From positions 4,288,001 to 4,352,000 of the forward strand of contig CBDCJO010000002.1 in the NCBI GenBank assembly GCA_965217865.1: DNA of 64,000 nt, written 5' to 3'. Below the pieces are notes generated by a model, which had not been told where the DNA came from, ran no database searches, and was given only the letters and a program-made list of their open reading frames with translations. This DNA is from Candidatus Latescibacterota bacterium (GTDB taxonomy: Bacteria > Latescibacterota > UBA2968 > SICM01). The position numbers and the translations under genes were made by a program. Shown one piece after another: positions 19,343-28,725 of this stretch; position 1 is the stretch's first letter, and every line of letters starts with the position of its first letter.

Positions 19343-19861
19343 ATGCCCTTGGTACGAGTGGTTGAAGCAGATGATTTGCCGAAGATCGTTGAGACTTACC
19401 CGAAGTCCATTGGGGCGCCTGTAAATCGGCATATCGAGCGTTTCGACCTACAGCAGAATGGAGACGTTACCTGTTTTGCTGCGTGGGATGGGACTCGTCC
19501 AGTCGGTTATGTGTTCGTGCTCTGGCCCGGCGGGAGCGGGGACGTCACAGAACAGGGTGTGGCTCTGGGATGCGCGGAGATCTCCGACCTCTCCGTCTCA
19601 CAAGATGCCCGCGGTCAAGGAATTGGGCGAATGTTGATGGAAACGGCAGAAGCGCTTGTTAAGTCGCGAGGCGTGCGCATCCTGGGCCTTGAAGTCACTG
19701 CGACCAACCCGTACCAAGACGTCGCCCGCAAGCTGTACAAGAACCTGGACTATGAGGATGCCGGCTTCGGCGAGTTCATGTCAGGATATACCTACTGGGA
19801 TGCCGACGGGAATCCCCATCGAGACGAAGAGCCGTACCGTTACCTCATAAAGAGGCTTTAA
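19343..19861 (+). CDS. GNAT acetyltransferase
   Basis: VSQDARGQGIG, ARKLYKNLDY. Confidence 0.88.
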   Translation: MPLVRVVEADDLPKIVETYPKSIGAPVNRHIERFDLQQNGDVTCFAAWDGTRPVGYVFVLWPGGSGDVTEQGVALGCAEISDLSVSQDARGQGIGRMLMETAEALVKSRGVRILGLEVTATNPYQDVARKLYKNLDYEDAGFGEFMSGYTYWDADGNPHRDEEPYRYLIKRL

Positions 19862-19906
19862 CCCGTTATTCCTATTAGTTATTCCTATTGAACAGAGAAA
19901 TTCGAG

Positions 19907-20323
19907 ATGAACTTGATATCAACGTTAGCTCTCTTGAGAACAGATATATCTACATCGAGCAGGTTTATTGTGCATGTATTCTTGATTTTGACACTATCTA
20001 TATGTGGAGGCTGCTCCAAAAAAGAAATCGATAGCAGCGTAAATATCGGAGAACCTGCTTTGACACTCTCACCAGGGGGCACTCTGACGGTTGGAGTTTC
20101 GACAAAGATTGAAAGAAGTGGGAATTACAACCTGACAAGTGGCACTGCTCGACTTAGTTGGCGTTGCACTGGAAGTGTCACGATAAGTGTTCAGTCACAG
20201 AGTGGTAATTCTTCACAACGGTGTCTTAACTCCGGGCAAAGCGTATCGGCCGTGGGTCCAGGAACTATCACAGTTCAACTCGCAGAGGGAGCTTCAGTCG
20301 TGGTCCTGGCAGCTTCAAGCTGA
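19907..20323 (+). CDS. Hypothetical small lipoprotein (beta-rich)
   Basis: Hydrophobic segment then ICGGC-SKK lipobox-like; S/T/G-rich mature part. Confidence 0.55.
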   Translation: MNLISTLALLRTDISTSSRFIVHVFLILTLSICGGCSKKEIDSSVNIGEPALTLSPGGTLTVGVSTKIERSGNYNLTSGTARLSWRCTGSVTISVQSQSGNSSQRCLNSGQSVSAVGPGTITVQLAEGASVVVLAASS

Positions 20324-20415
20324 GAAGGCATTGTGGCATACGGACAAAGTGAACGAACTCAACACGGAGCCTCCATTGAAGAGGCCATATTGACACGATG
20401 CTGCAAAATATTCCC

Positions 20416-20444
20416 TTGACATTGGTCATGAGGAGATATAACTT
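20416..20444 (+). promoter_or_regulatory. sigma70-like promoter
   Basis: TTGACA-17 bp-TAACTT upstream of 20570. Confidence 0.55.
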
Positions 20445-20569
20445 AGAGTCAGTGCTTCAAGAAAGCCCCCCGCCCGCGGCAAGGGTTAAACCCATCTCCT
20501 TCCAAATCTCCGCACCTTCTTTCTGCCTGGCTAAGCGGGCAACAGGCCTATTCAAGAAAGAGGGCTGCC

Positions 20570-21889
20570 ATGTCTGTACACCTTCCTGCCAATCCCAGCC
20601 TCGAATATCTCCGAAAACAAGCCAAATCACTCCTCAAATCCTACCAAGCCGGCGATTCTCAAGTTTTATCCAGAATTACGGAATGGCATCCGAGCTTTTC
20701 CAGTCTTTCCAAGTTTGGTCTGCGCGATGCACAGGTTGTCATCGCCCGTGAATATGGCTTTGACAACTGGTCCGAACTGAAAAAGCATGTCCAGTCACTG
20801 CAGCCGCCCGCAGACGAGGGCGCGTTGCGTGACCACGGTGATGCGATCGTCCACTCCGTCATATTCTACGAGAGAGAGGTTCGCAAGCTCAGCATCGCAC
20901 TAACTGAAGACTGGCCGCAAGTTACCGAACGGATTCGCTCACACCTCTCAAGATCCTCCCAGATGACCGACGACCAAATCCGTACGCAGTTAACGGAGGA
21001 CGACTTGCATCAAGTCATCGCGTCTGAAACTGGATTTCATAACTGGGAGACTCTTCGAAGCGCTGTCGAATCCCGTGACAATGAGCCACAATGGGTGGAC
21101 AAGTTTCTTGATCTTGCCTGCCTCAGTTATGACCCGGTATATGACGAGGTTGAGCGAATCAAACAGGCCAGATCGATACTCGAAGAACATCCAGAAATCA
21201 CAACCCACAGCATCCACGCTGCGGCTGCAGTTGGTGAGTCGAGCACGGTTGAACGATTTCTTAGAAAGGATCCAACGCTGGTCCATGCAAAAGGTGGGCC
21301 GCGTTATTGGGAGCCTCTGCTTTATACATGTTATTCCCGGATAAACAGCACATTGCCGGGCCAGAACACATTGGAAGCGGCAAGCGTTCTAATCGCGAAT
21401 GCAGCTGAGCCAAATACTTTCTGGAATGATCCATGGGGCAACAAATTCACCGCGCTGACGGGTGCCATCGGCGAAGGTGAACAAGGACTTCAACGATGCC
21501 CTCCTCACCAATATGCCAATGATATGGCGATACTGTTGTTGGACGCCGGAACAAACCCGAACGACAGCCAAGGACTCTATAACAGCATGTTCACACCCGG
21601 CAACGAATGGCTTGAACTGTTACTTCGTTACGGACTGAAGCATACTGATCCTGGCAACTGGAACGATAGGGAACCTTCCACGATGAATTTTCAGTTGGCT
21701 TATGCAGTGAAGGTAGGATTCATCGACAGGGTGGCCTTGCTTCTCAAGCACGGGGCGGATCCGAACTTTCAGAGCGACCATAAGAACCTACCAACCCACC
21801 TCTTGGAATCTGCAAGAAACGATGGTTATGTGGGAATTGCCGAATTGATTGTGAAGCACAGAGCTACTTCGCCTGACGAAGTTGAGTAG
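20570..21889 (+). CDS. Ankyrin-repeat-like protein with duplicated N-terminal helical domain
   Basis: LPANPSLEYLRKQAKSLL; AQVVIAREYGFDNW repeated as QVIASETGFHNW; LLLDAGTNPND, LLKHGADPN. Confidence 0.8.
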   Translation: MSVHLPANPSLEYLRKQAKSLLKSYQAGDSQVLSRITEWHPSFSSLSKFGLRDAQVVIAREYGFDNWSELKKHVQSLQPPADEGALRDHGDAIVHSVIFYEREVRKLSIALTEDWPQVTERIRSHLSRSSQMTDDQIRTQLTEDDLHQVIASETGFHNWETLRSAVESRDNEPQWVDKFLDLACLSYDPVYDEVERIKQARSILEEHPEITTHSIHAAAAVGESSTVERFLRKDPTLVHAKGGPRYWEPLLYTCYSRINSTLPGQNTLEAASVLIANAAEPNTFWNDPWGNKFTALTGAIGEGEQGLQRCPPHQYANDMAILLLDAGTNPNDSQGLYNSMFTPGNEWLELLLRYGLKHTDPGNWNDREPSTMNFQLAYAVKVGFIDRVALLLKHGADPNFQSDHKNLPTHLLESARNDGYVGIAELIVKHRATSPDEVE

Positions 21890-22102
21890 AACCACATCCT
21901 GGGACTTGCGCTACGTCCTTACTGTCGTCTCGAACATCGTGCAGAAAAGTAGGCCTCCTTCGGTTACACTGCAAAAAACCGCCACTGCACTCAGGAGGTA
22001 CCTTCGACAGGTCTCGTGGGTTTACTGGGCCTGGGTGGAACGATCAAAAGAAAAGGCACGGTCGCGCCGATTGACGTGTCATTCTGTGCTGGTTTCGCAG
22101 AC

Positions 22103-22783
22103 CTACCTGAAATGGTGATCTGCATTGTACAGAATCAATCCTGCCCTACGCGCAACACCCTGTGATGCCACATTGTCCAATCCGGTGCTGTAGATAGGGA
22201 TTTGTCCCAGCTCCATTACTGCGGCTCCCCATTCAACGGCGACCGCGGTCGCGTACCCCCTGCGGCGATAGCCTTCTAATGTCTCCACGCCGGCGACGTG
22301 CGCTTCTTGTGAGATGTACGGGCTGTGACACTGCGAAACCAACCGGCTGTCCTCGACAACTGCGACACACGGCTGACATTCCTTAAATTCCTCTAAGAGC
22401 CAGGGGAAAGAGGTTCTGGCCAGGTGGACGTTATCCTGGTTGACTCTGACCACGTCCGGAAAGCGCTGCAGCTTCTCAGGGTACCGATACCCAAGTCCCA
22501 TCGTTACTTGCTGAACCGGCTCGTGCTTACCGAGTATACGTTTGTACTCTTCAAAAAGAGTGAGTCCTCGGGATAGATCCGTGACGATTGGCTCCTCATC
22601 GATAACATCCTCGAGATCTTTGATTACTTGAAGGGGTAGATCGTACCGGAACCTCCTGACGTTGCCGTCTCTGGTTTGCCCCAGAAATAGTCGCGGAGAG
22701 CGATCACTCTTGAAATGCCCGTGTTCGTCCACCGGATTTGAAGCTTCAACTTCTATCTCTAGCAATCGGTAGTCGTCGAGCAT
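22103..22783 (-). CDS. GNAT acetyltransferase
   Basis: GVETLEGYRRRGYA, NVASQGVARRAG. Confidence 0.88.
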   Translation of the reverse strand: MLDDYRLLEIEVEASNPVDEHGHFKSDRSPRLFLGQTRDGNVRRFRYDLPLQVIKDLEDVIDEEPIVTDLSRGLTLFEEYKRILGKHEPVQQVTMGLGYRYPEKLQRFPDVVRVNQDNVHLARTSFPWLLEEFKECQPCVAVVEDSRLVSQCHSPYISQEAHVAGVETLEGYRRRGYATAVAVEWGAAVMELGQIPIYSTGLDNVASQGVARRAGLILYNADHHFR

Positions 22784-23066
22784 AGTGGCGTTTCCTCTGA
22801 GATATCAAGTGTAGAGGTGTACAATACTCGTGTAAGGATGCACAAATTGGTTTTTTTTGTCCTCTGCTATGGATGTATGCTCTATATGAATTCAGCTGTC
22901 TATCGTATGTTGTCGTTTCAGGGATTGTCCTTTATCGACCTATTCGGCTTTCCTTTTCAAAATCATCATGAAGGAGGTCATCGGAGGCAACAGTTTTGGG
23001 AGTCATTTTCCTAGCAATATTATATAGCCTTATTTTAGACTTGGCGGAACTTTCATGAAAGTATTT

Positions 23067-23286
23067 GAACTTGGATACCCCTTCCTTTGGAAGGGGAGGA
23101 AAAGTTTAGCTTGCTGAGGGTAAGCTAAAAGGCTGTTTTGTCCGTACCGTAGTCGAAAAGGTAACTTCTAAAGTGATCAGAGGATATATTCGGTTTCATC
23201 TTCAAGAGCAGAAAGGGCCCCTACAGTTGGATCTGTTTGGGGAGGGGAGTGGTTAATGCCCCGCCCTTTGGGCGGGGTGATTTACT
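23067..23286 (+). mobile_element. IS200-derived miniature element (internally deleted)
   Basis: Subterminal hairpins CCCCTTCC-TTT-GGAAGGGG (23078-23096) and GCCCCGCCC-TTT-GGGCGGGGT (23258-23278); 23131-23256 translates to GCFVRTVVEKVTSKVIRGYIRFH...QLDLF, resembling a TnpA C-terminus. Confidence 0.75.
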
Positions 23287-23992
23287 TGCACAGAATGGGA
23301 TTTCTCAGTCACGACAAAGATTGATCGCCAAAATGATTGCTGACGCTAGGCTTAAAAATCCAGATGAGAAAATTCGACAAATTCTGCAGAATTATCGAAT
23401 TTTCAAGGAAATTTCTATAGGTCCAAAGGAAATCCAAGTTGCGAGATTCTTTATCGAAAAAACATGGGTCGGTCCACAGCATGGTAGTGACTGGCGATTC
23501 AGATTGATGGTCACGGACGCTGTCGTGATTGGAAAAGTGGATAAGATTATTGATCTGCCAACCTCCTGCGGCTATAACACCGCTATTCAAATTTCTGTAG
23601 AGAGATTTCTAAAAGGCCATTCTCCAGAAAAAACTATTACAGTTAAATTGATAAGTGGAAAGGTCGCCGACGGAATCAACTTTGTCCGCGTAACCTCTGA
23701 ACCCAAATTTCAAATAGGTGAGAGGATACTCATATTTCTAGGAAAGACCCCTTCTCGCCTTCATCGGGAACTATCAAGTCACCCCCGTCCTGACAACATT
23801 GAACTATGGTATAAAACCGAAACAGATAACTATTTTGAGCCTGGGTATGTCAAGTATACAATTGATAGTGAAGAGAAACTAGATTGGCCTTTTCTTCAAA
23901 GCGGAGGATATGATTGGTATGCTGGAAAAAAGGATTTATCTTTCGCCATAGAAGAAATTCAGAAAGCTATGGACGCAGAACTAACCTGGTAG
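23237..23992 (+). CDS. Hypothetical protein (AT-rich, probably secreted; 5' end disrupted by IS200 MITE)
   Basis: 251-aa ORF; its first 16 codons derive from the MITE. Confidence 0.6.
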   Translation: MGRGVVNAPPFGRGDLLAQNGISQSRQRLIAKMIADARLKNPDEKIRQILQNYRIFKEISIGPKEIQVARFFIEKTWVGPQHGSDWRFRLMVTDAVVIGKVDKIIDLPTSCGYNTAIQISVERFLKGHSPEKTITVKLISGKVADGINFVRVTSEPKFQIGERILIFLGKTPSRLHRELSSHPRPDNIELWYKTETDNYFEPGYVKYTIDSEEKLDWPFLQSGGYDWYAGKKDLSFAIEEIQKAMDAELTW

Positions 23993-24022
23993 CGCCGCGC
24001 CCACGGCAGGTTCGGGGGTGAC
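23991..24022 (+). other. attC remnant (3' arm only)
   Basis: AGCGCCGCGCCCACGGCAGGTTCGGGGGTG is nearly identical to 6667-6696 of the first attC; the GTT core is absent. Confidence 0.55.
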
Positions 24023-24055
24023 AAACCTAATGTCCACCGATATAGGAGATCCCCA

Positions 24056-24701
24056 ATGCAGAAACTGGTTTTACTGGGCATCGGGGGCAACGCCTCGGAT
24101 ATTTTCGATGCGGTTGTGGAAATCAACCGGGTGAAACCCACCTATGAGGTGCTCGGCTATGTTACGGCCGACGGCAAGCCCAGAGAAAAGGGAGGCCTCA
24201 CCTTTCTGGGCGGCTTAAAAGACGTGCGTTCCCTGCCGGAGGACGTTCAGATTGCCGGGTTTATCTTCAGTCCGGGGGTCCTATCGCACCTGGCCGGATA
24301 CGGTGGCGGGACTGGGCCTGCCGCCGGAACGCTTTGCCACAATTGTCCATCCCCGGGCGTTTGTCTCCGGGCAGAGCAGGGTGGGCCGGGGATCGGTGAT
24401 CTTAGCGGGAACTACGGTGGGGGCGTTTGTGACCATTGGCGACCACGTGATAATCCTGCAGAACGTGGGCCTCTCCCACGATGATGTGATCGACGATTAC
24501 TCCTGCCTTGCGGTAGGTGTGAGTTTCTCGGGGAGCGTGCGGGTGGAGCGGAACTGTTTTCTGGGGACGAATTCGACGATTATCGGGGCGACAATCGGCG
24601 AGGGGAGTATGGTGGGGGCGGGGACGCTGATCCGGCACGATGTGCCCCCGGGCGAGGTGTGGGTAGGCAATCCCGGGCGTTTCTTGAAAAAGGTGGGGTG
24701 A
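24056..24701 (+). pseudogene. NeuD/PglD-family sugar O-acetyltransferase, frameshift in G run near 24275
   Basis: N-term KLVLLGIGGNA; C-term FATIVHP and hexapeptide repeats, VWVGNPGR, in another frame. Confidence 0.8.
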
Positions 24702-24908
24702 TTGAGGGGAGAATCTGATTCGTCGTTCGTGTCTCGTGATTCGAAAAGGTTTGTCCCCGCTGCCTTTCCGATCCCTGAGTCACGAATCACGATCCACGAC
24801 CCTCTTCCCTTCCTGCCTGTCGTCGGGCTTATACGCGACACCGGTTTTTGTGATTCTTTCAACAAGAAGGGCGCAAAGAAGATCCCAACCCAAAGGAGGT
24901 TGCTGAAT

Positions 24909-25059
24909 ATGAGCAAGTTAGCTGGAAAAATAGCTGTAATAACAGGTGGCAACAGCGGCATTGGATATGCATCGGCCAAAGAATTTAAAGAGAAAGGAGC
25001 AACAGTTGTAATTACTGGGCGTAATGAAGAAAAAGTCAAAAAAGCGGCTTCCGAACTAG
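24909..25059 (+). pseudogene. SDR oxidoreductase, N-terminal fragment interrupted by IS
   Basis: MSKLAGKIAVITGGNSGIG...; remainder not found after the IS. Confidence 0.85.
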
Positions 25060-26585
25060 CAGCCCGTTGAAGAACTACCTTTCAACGCACATAAACGGAA
25101 AAGACGCCTGGAGTGCGGGTCAGATAAATCAAGGTAAGGAGATTGAGCAGGAGACGCTGATAAGAGGTTAAAAAGGTGACCGAGGGCAGCAAACGTGATT
25201 GTAGGACGAGCAGTAGACGCTGCAAGGCCTTGGCCAGGTCCTGGAGGGCCTTCGGAGTACCTACGCCCATCACTTTGCGCATGAGCAGAGCCAGGTTGCA
25301 GCCCCCGATGTGGATCAGCAAACGCTTGAGGATATTGCCGCGGTCTCTCAAGTGCAACCTGCGCATGCCACCGGTATCATATGTGTGAGCGATGGTTCTT
25401 TCCACCCGTTCTGCACGACTTCGGCGCAAGGCCTTGCCGCGATCTCCCTTGATCCGGCGTCGATTCGCATATACCGCGGCCTGCTCATCTCGTCGGCCGT
25501 TCCACTTGCGGCGTCCCCGATCCGGTTCTGAAATGTAACTCCGGATGCCGCCTTGCTTCAGACTGGTCAATACATCGTTGCTATGATATCCTTTGTCCGC
25601 AACCACCTCCCGTATACGCTGTCTGTGCAAACGTTTGGCAGCTTTTTCGTCCTTCGCGACCTGCTTGAGATTGAGCGGCGCCTCGAGCAGCGTCCAGGGC
25701 AACGACTCGGTATCTCCTTCATCTGCTCCCGACAACGCCACTGCCACAATGGCATTGGTGTCCAGATCCACCGCGTGCTCCACCTTGTGCGCCATGTGCG
25801 TGCGACCGTCCTTCATCTTAGCGATCTTGGCATCCGGGTCGTGCGGGTGCTCCCAGTCCTGGTTCGATCCCTTCTTCGGTCGCTTCTTATCGATCTTGGA
25901 CAAGTCCTCGCGGGTAGGCGTTTCAATGCCCGAGGCCTTGGCCAGATTCTCAAGGAATGCCTGGTAGCCTTCACCCGTGTCACGGCGTACAATGCTGCGC
26001 ATCGCGGCGTTGGCCTCCAGTGTCGTAGCATCCACGCCCAACGTCTTCCCCTTCACCAGACCCGCTTTGCACAAGACCCTCAGGATCCACTTGAAAACCG
26101 CTTCGTGAACTTCCAAGGGAAGCCGATGCCGGATGCGAGACAGGCTGGAATGATCCGGGGTCTGTTCGTCAAGGGCATACCCCAAAAACCGGCGCAACGT
26201 CAGCGAGTCAGATACACGCCATTCGATCCCACGTTCCGAATCAAGTCCCTCGAAATACCCAATCAAAAGCATCCGAAAATAAACCCCGGGCGGAATGCCC
26301 TTGCGACCCATATGAGGAGCGTAATACCGCTGGCAAAGCCCCTCGACGAACTCGTCGAAGCCGTTCGCCCCCAATACCTGATTCAGCTTCTCGTAGAACG
26401 GATGACCCGGAGATTTCACCAAAGTGTTCGATGCGATGAACAGGTTTTCCTGTCTCTGTCGTCCTCGTTTTCCCATTGCCATTTGCTCGTCCTCCCTTCT
26501 CAGTTTGAACCTGATATATCATAGGACCAAACCACAAGGAAAGACAACAGTCATCTTGGCATAAACGCACTTTTTCAACAGGCTG
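25060..26585 (-). mobile_element. IS1182/IS5-like insertion sequence
   Basis: TIRs CAGCCCGTTGAAGAACT / ACTTTTTCAACAGGCTG; CTAG duplicated at 25056-25059 and 26586-26589. Confidence 0.88.
25082..26482 (-). CDS. DDE transposase (IS1182/IS5-like)
   Basis: GRKGIPPGVYFRMLL, PDHSSLSRIR, GVDATTLEANA, VVADKGY, ERTIAH. Confidence 0.9.
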   Translation of the reverse strand: MAMGKRGRQRQENLFIASNTLVKSPGHPFYEKLNQVLGANGFDEFVEGLCQRYYAPHMGRKGIPPGVYFRMLLIGYFEGLDSERGIEWRVSDSLTLRRFLGYALDEQTPDHSSLSRIRHRLPLEVHEAVFKWILRVLCKAGLVKGKTLGVDATTLEANAAMRSIVRRDTGEGYQAFLENLAKASGIETPTREDLSKIDKKRPKKGSNQDWEHPHDPDAKIAKMKDGRTHMAHKVEHAVDLDTNAIVAVALSGADEGDTESLPWTLLEAPLNLKQVAKDEKAAKRLHRQRIREVVADKGYHSNDVLTSLKQGGIRSYISEPDRGRRKWNGRRDEQAAVYANRRRIKGDRGKALRRSRAERVERTIAHTYDTGGMRRLHLRDRGNILKRLLIHIGGCNLALLMRKVMGVGTPKALQDLAKALQRLLLVLQSRLLPSVTFLTSYQRLLLNLLTLIYLTRTPGVFSVYVR

Positions 26586-26617
26586 CTAGGGGCGCTAGTT
26601 TCTTCACCGCATACGTC

Positions 26618-26695
26618 AGTTAACACCGAGTGCCCGCCTCCGCTTCGCTCCGGAGAAACCTGCTTCGCAGGTTCGGGCACTCTTGAACGTTAGTG
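26618..26695 (+). other. attC-like site
   Basis: AGTTAAC...GTTAGTG; perfect arms GAGTGCCCG/CGGGCACTC; AACCTGC-TTC-GCAGGTT sub-hairpin. Confidence 0.8.
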
Positions 26696-26763
26696 GCCAT
26701 TGGGGTTTGACGACATCGATCCAAGGCGAATGAGGACAAACCCAACATCCAAGATCAGAGGCA

Positions 26764-27546
26764 TTGTTGCCTGAGATGAAGTTCGCAGTCGAGGAAGCTA
26801 GAGGTATTGTCGAGGCAGTGGCCGACGTCTACCAGTCCCACATGAAGGAATGGTTCGTTGGTCTGATTGTATTCGGTTCTGCCGTCAAGGGAGGCTTCAT
26901 CCCAAGATGTAGTGACATCGACTTTCAACTCTTCCTGAAAGGTGCTGCCTTTGATTCAGATGGATGTCTGTCCCTGGCCTTAGGTTTGGCGATACACCGT
27001 GATCTTTCGAAGGTCGATCCAGAGCCATTCCGATACATCCAATGCACCCCATTTTCCACCCAACGACTCGCAAGGGAGAACTTCGGTCCAGTCCCCGAAA
27101 CCTACCTGGTGGTTCGCGGTCATCTTCCAGTATCGGAGGCTACGGCTGAACAGCTGGTTGAATCTGCTAAACATGAATTGTCGGCACTCGATCCGTCGCC
27201 TGATTTCATACGGAAAGGTCTTCTTGACCATGGGGCAGGACGACTTGAGAGGGATTTGAGACTGCTTTGTACGAAAGTCTGGCCGGTTTTTTTTCACGTT
27301 CTGAGTATACACTCGGACGATCCGATATGGGCCTGGCAACTCCCAAAGGATCGAGCTTCCGATGAACTCCCGGAAGACCTTGGACTCAGACGAGGAATGC
27401 GTGAGTTTTATGAGTCAGTCCTAAAGTATTATCCTGAAGAAAGAACTGGCCCAGAGGCCTTGGACTTGATCGAAAAAGGGGTCGTGTTCCTATCTGCGGC
27501 GAAGACTTGGTGGGAAATCAAAGGGGAAAAACAGGAAAAGGGTTGA
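26764..27546 (+). CDS. Nucleotidyltransferase-domain protein (cassette)
   Basis: VFGSAVKGGF...SDIDFQL. Confidence 0.75.
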   Translation: MLPEMKFAVEEARGIVEAVADVYQSHMKEWFVGLIVFGSAVKGGFIPRCSDIDFQLFLKGAAFDSDGCLSLALGLAIHRDLSKVDPEPFRYIQCTPFSTQRLARENFGPVPETYLVVRGHLPVSEATAEQLVESAKHELSALDPSPDFIRKGLLDHGAGRLERDLRLLCTKVWPVFFHVLSIHSDDPIWAWQLPKDRASDELPEDLGLRRGMREFYESVLKYYPEERTGPEALDLIEKGVVFLSAAKTWWEIKGEKQEKG

Positions 27547-27588
27547 GAGTCCGATCACACCTTATTTGAGCTTAAATCCCTAACAGGC

Positions 27589-27670
27589 CACTAACACGAC
27601 CGTGCGCGGCTCGGTGCATCTGCACCTTCGCCCAACAAGCCGGCAGTTCGCGCACCCGAAATCGTTAGTG
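27589..27670 (+). other. attC-like site
   Basis: GGCCACTAAC...GTTAGTGGCC; arms GTGCGCG/CGCGCAC. Confidence 0.85.
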
Positions 27671-27697
27671 GCCATGCTCGAAAATTGAGGGTTGCAA

Positions 27698-28177
27698 ATG
27701 ACTGATGGCACGATTCCGGTAAGGCTGGCCGAAAGAGGAGACGTGACTTCCTTACTCGATGTCCTGCCTCAAATCAGTAGTCGACGCGATAGCCTCTCCG
27801 CAACAACTCTTGGAGTCGAGGAGTCAACGCGGATATTCGACCAGATGTGTTCTCACGGTAACGTCCACATCATCGTTGCACAGGAACGCCTCACGGAAAC
27901 TATCGTAGGTGCACTTACGATAGTGATCGTCCCAAATCTCACGTATGGTGGACGTCCTTGGTCCGTGATCGAGAATGTGGTTGTAAGGAGGGAGTGGAGA
28001 GGCAAGGGAATCGGCAAGCAGTTAATGGACTTCGCGGTAGACCTTGCGAAGGACAGGCACTGCTACAAGACGCAACTGCTGAGCGGAGCCAATGACAACC
28101 AAGTAGGCTTCTACAGAAGTGCGGGCTTCGATGACGCAAACAGTCGGGGATTCAAGAGGTATTTTGTTGACCGGTGA
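27698..28177 (+). CDS. GNAT acetyltransferase (cassette)
   Basis: IENVVVRREWRGKGIG, CYKTQL, FYRSAGF. Confidence 0.9.
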   Translation: MTDGTIPVRLAERGDVTSLLDVLPQISSRRDSLSATTLGVEESTRIFDQMCSHGNVHIIVAQERLTETIVGALTIVIVPNLTYGGRPWSVIENVVVRREWRGKGIGKQLMDFAVDLAKDRHCYKTQLLSGANDNQVGFYRSAGFDDANSRGFKRYFVDR

Positions 28178-28205
28178 GCACCGAAAGCAGAAGTGACTGC
28201 ACAGC

Positions 28206-28300
28206 CACTAACACCGTGCTCACGCTTCGGCGGCTTCGCCGCCTTGACCCTCCGGGCAACCTGGCTTGCGCCAGGTTCGTGAACACAGAAGACGTTATAC
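28206..28300 (+). other. attC-like site
   Basis: CACTAAC...GTTATAC; arms GTGCTCACG/CGTGAACAC; AACCTGGC...GCCAGGTT sub-hairpin. Confidence 0.85.
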
Positions 28301-28452
28301 GAGTATGGTTTCAGCTCGAGATTTCGTGACTTGGCTTTGGCTGACTTTCCAGAAAAAGGCAGTTATCAGGGTTCCATAGCCAATATTGGCTTATGAACGC
28401 GTAGTGAATTTACTCACATCGCGAAGATCTCAAACCACATAAGCGGCACGCC

Positions 28453-28538
28453 GTATAACATTGTGTGTGCGGTTCGGGGCTTTCACCCCTCACTGAAACC
28501 TCCTGACGGCAGGTTCGCACACACAAAGGACGTTATGG
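28453..28538 (+). other. attC-like site
   Basis: GTATAAC...GTTATGG; perfect 11-bp arms TTGTGTGTGCG/CGCACACACAA. Confidence 0.85.
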
Positions 28539-28725
28539 GCATGCCGGTTTCGTGAGTATTCTGAATCGTTTAAGAGGGCAAAAAATACCATTCCCAAAAC
28601 CTCGGAAGTCATACAGCCAACACAGTTTCACCCATCCCGATTCCACCCGTGATCGCCATCCAACACCCACTTCAGTGTCTCCCTTACGGTCCATAGCTGT
28701 CAGTCCAACCCAGGGGAAATAGAAC

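Noticed and set aside
19855-19890. Collapsed attC (CTTTAAC-CC-GTTATTC) with a 12-bp tandem duplication
   Set aside because: No arms present; could be chance.
25553-26524. 323-aa plus-strand ORF and other long antisense ORFs (e.g. 4830-5621, 37116-37952, 54152-55012)
   Set aside because: Antisense shadows of well-supported genes, with no family motifs.
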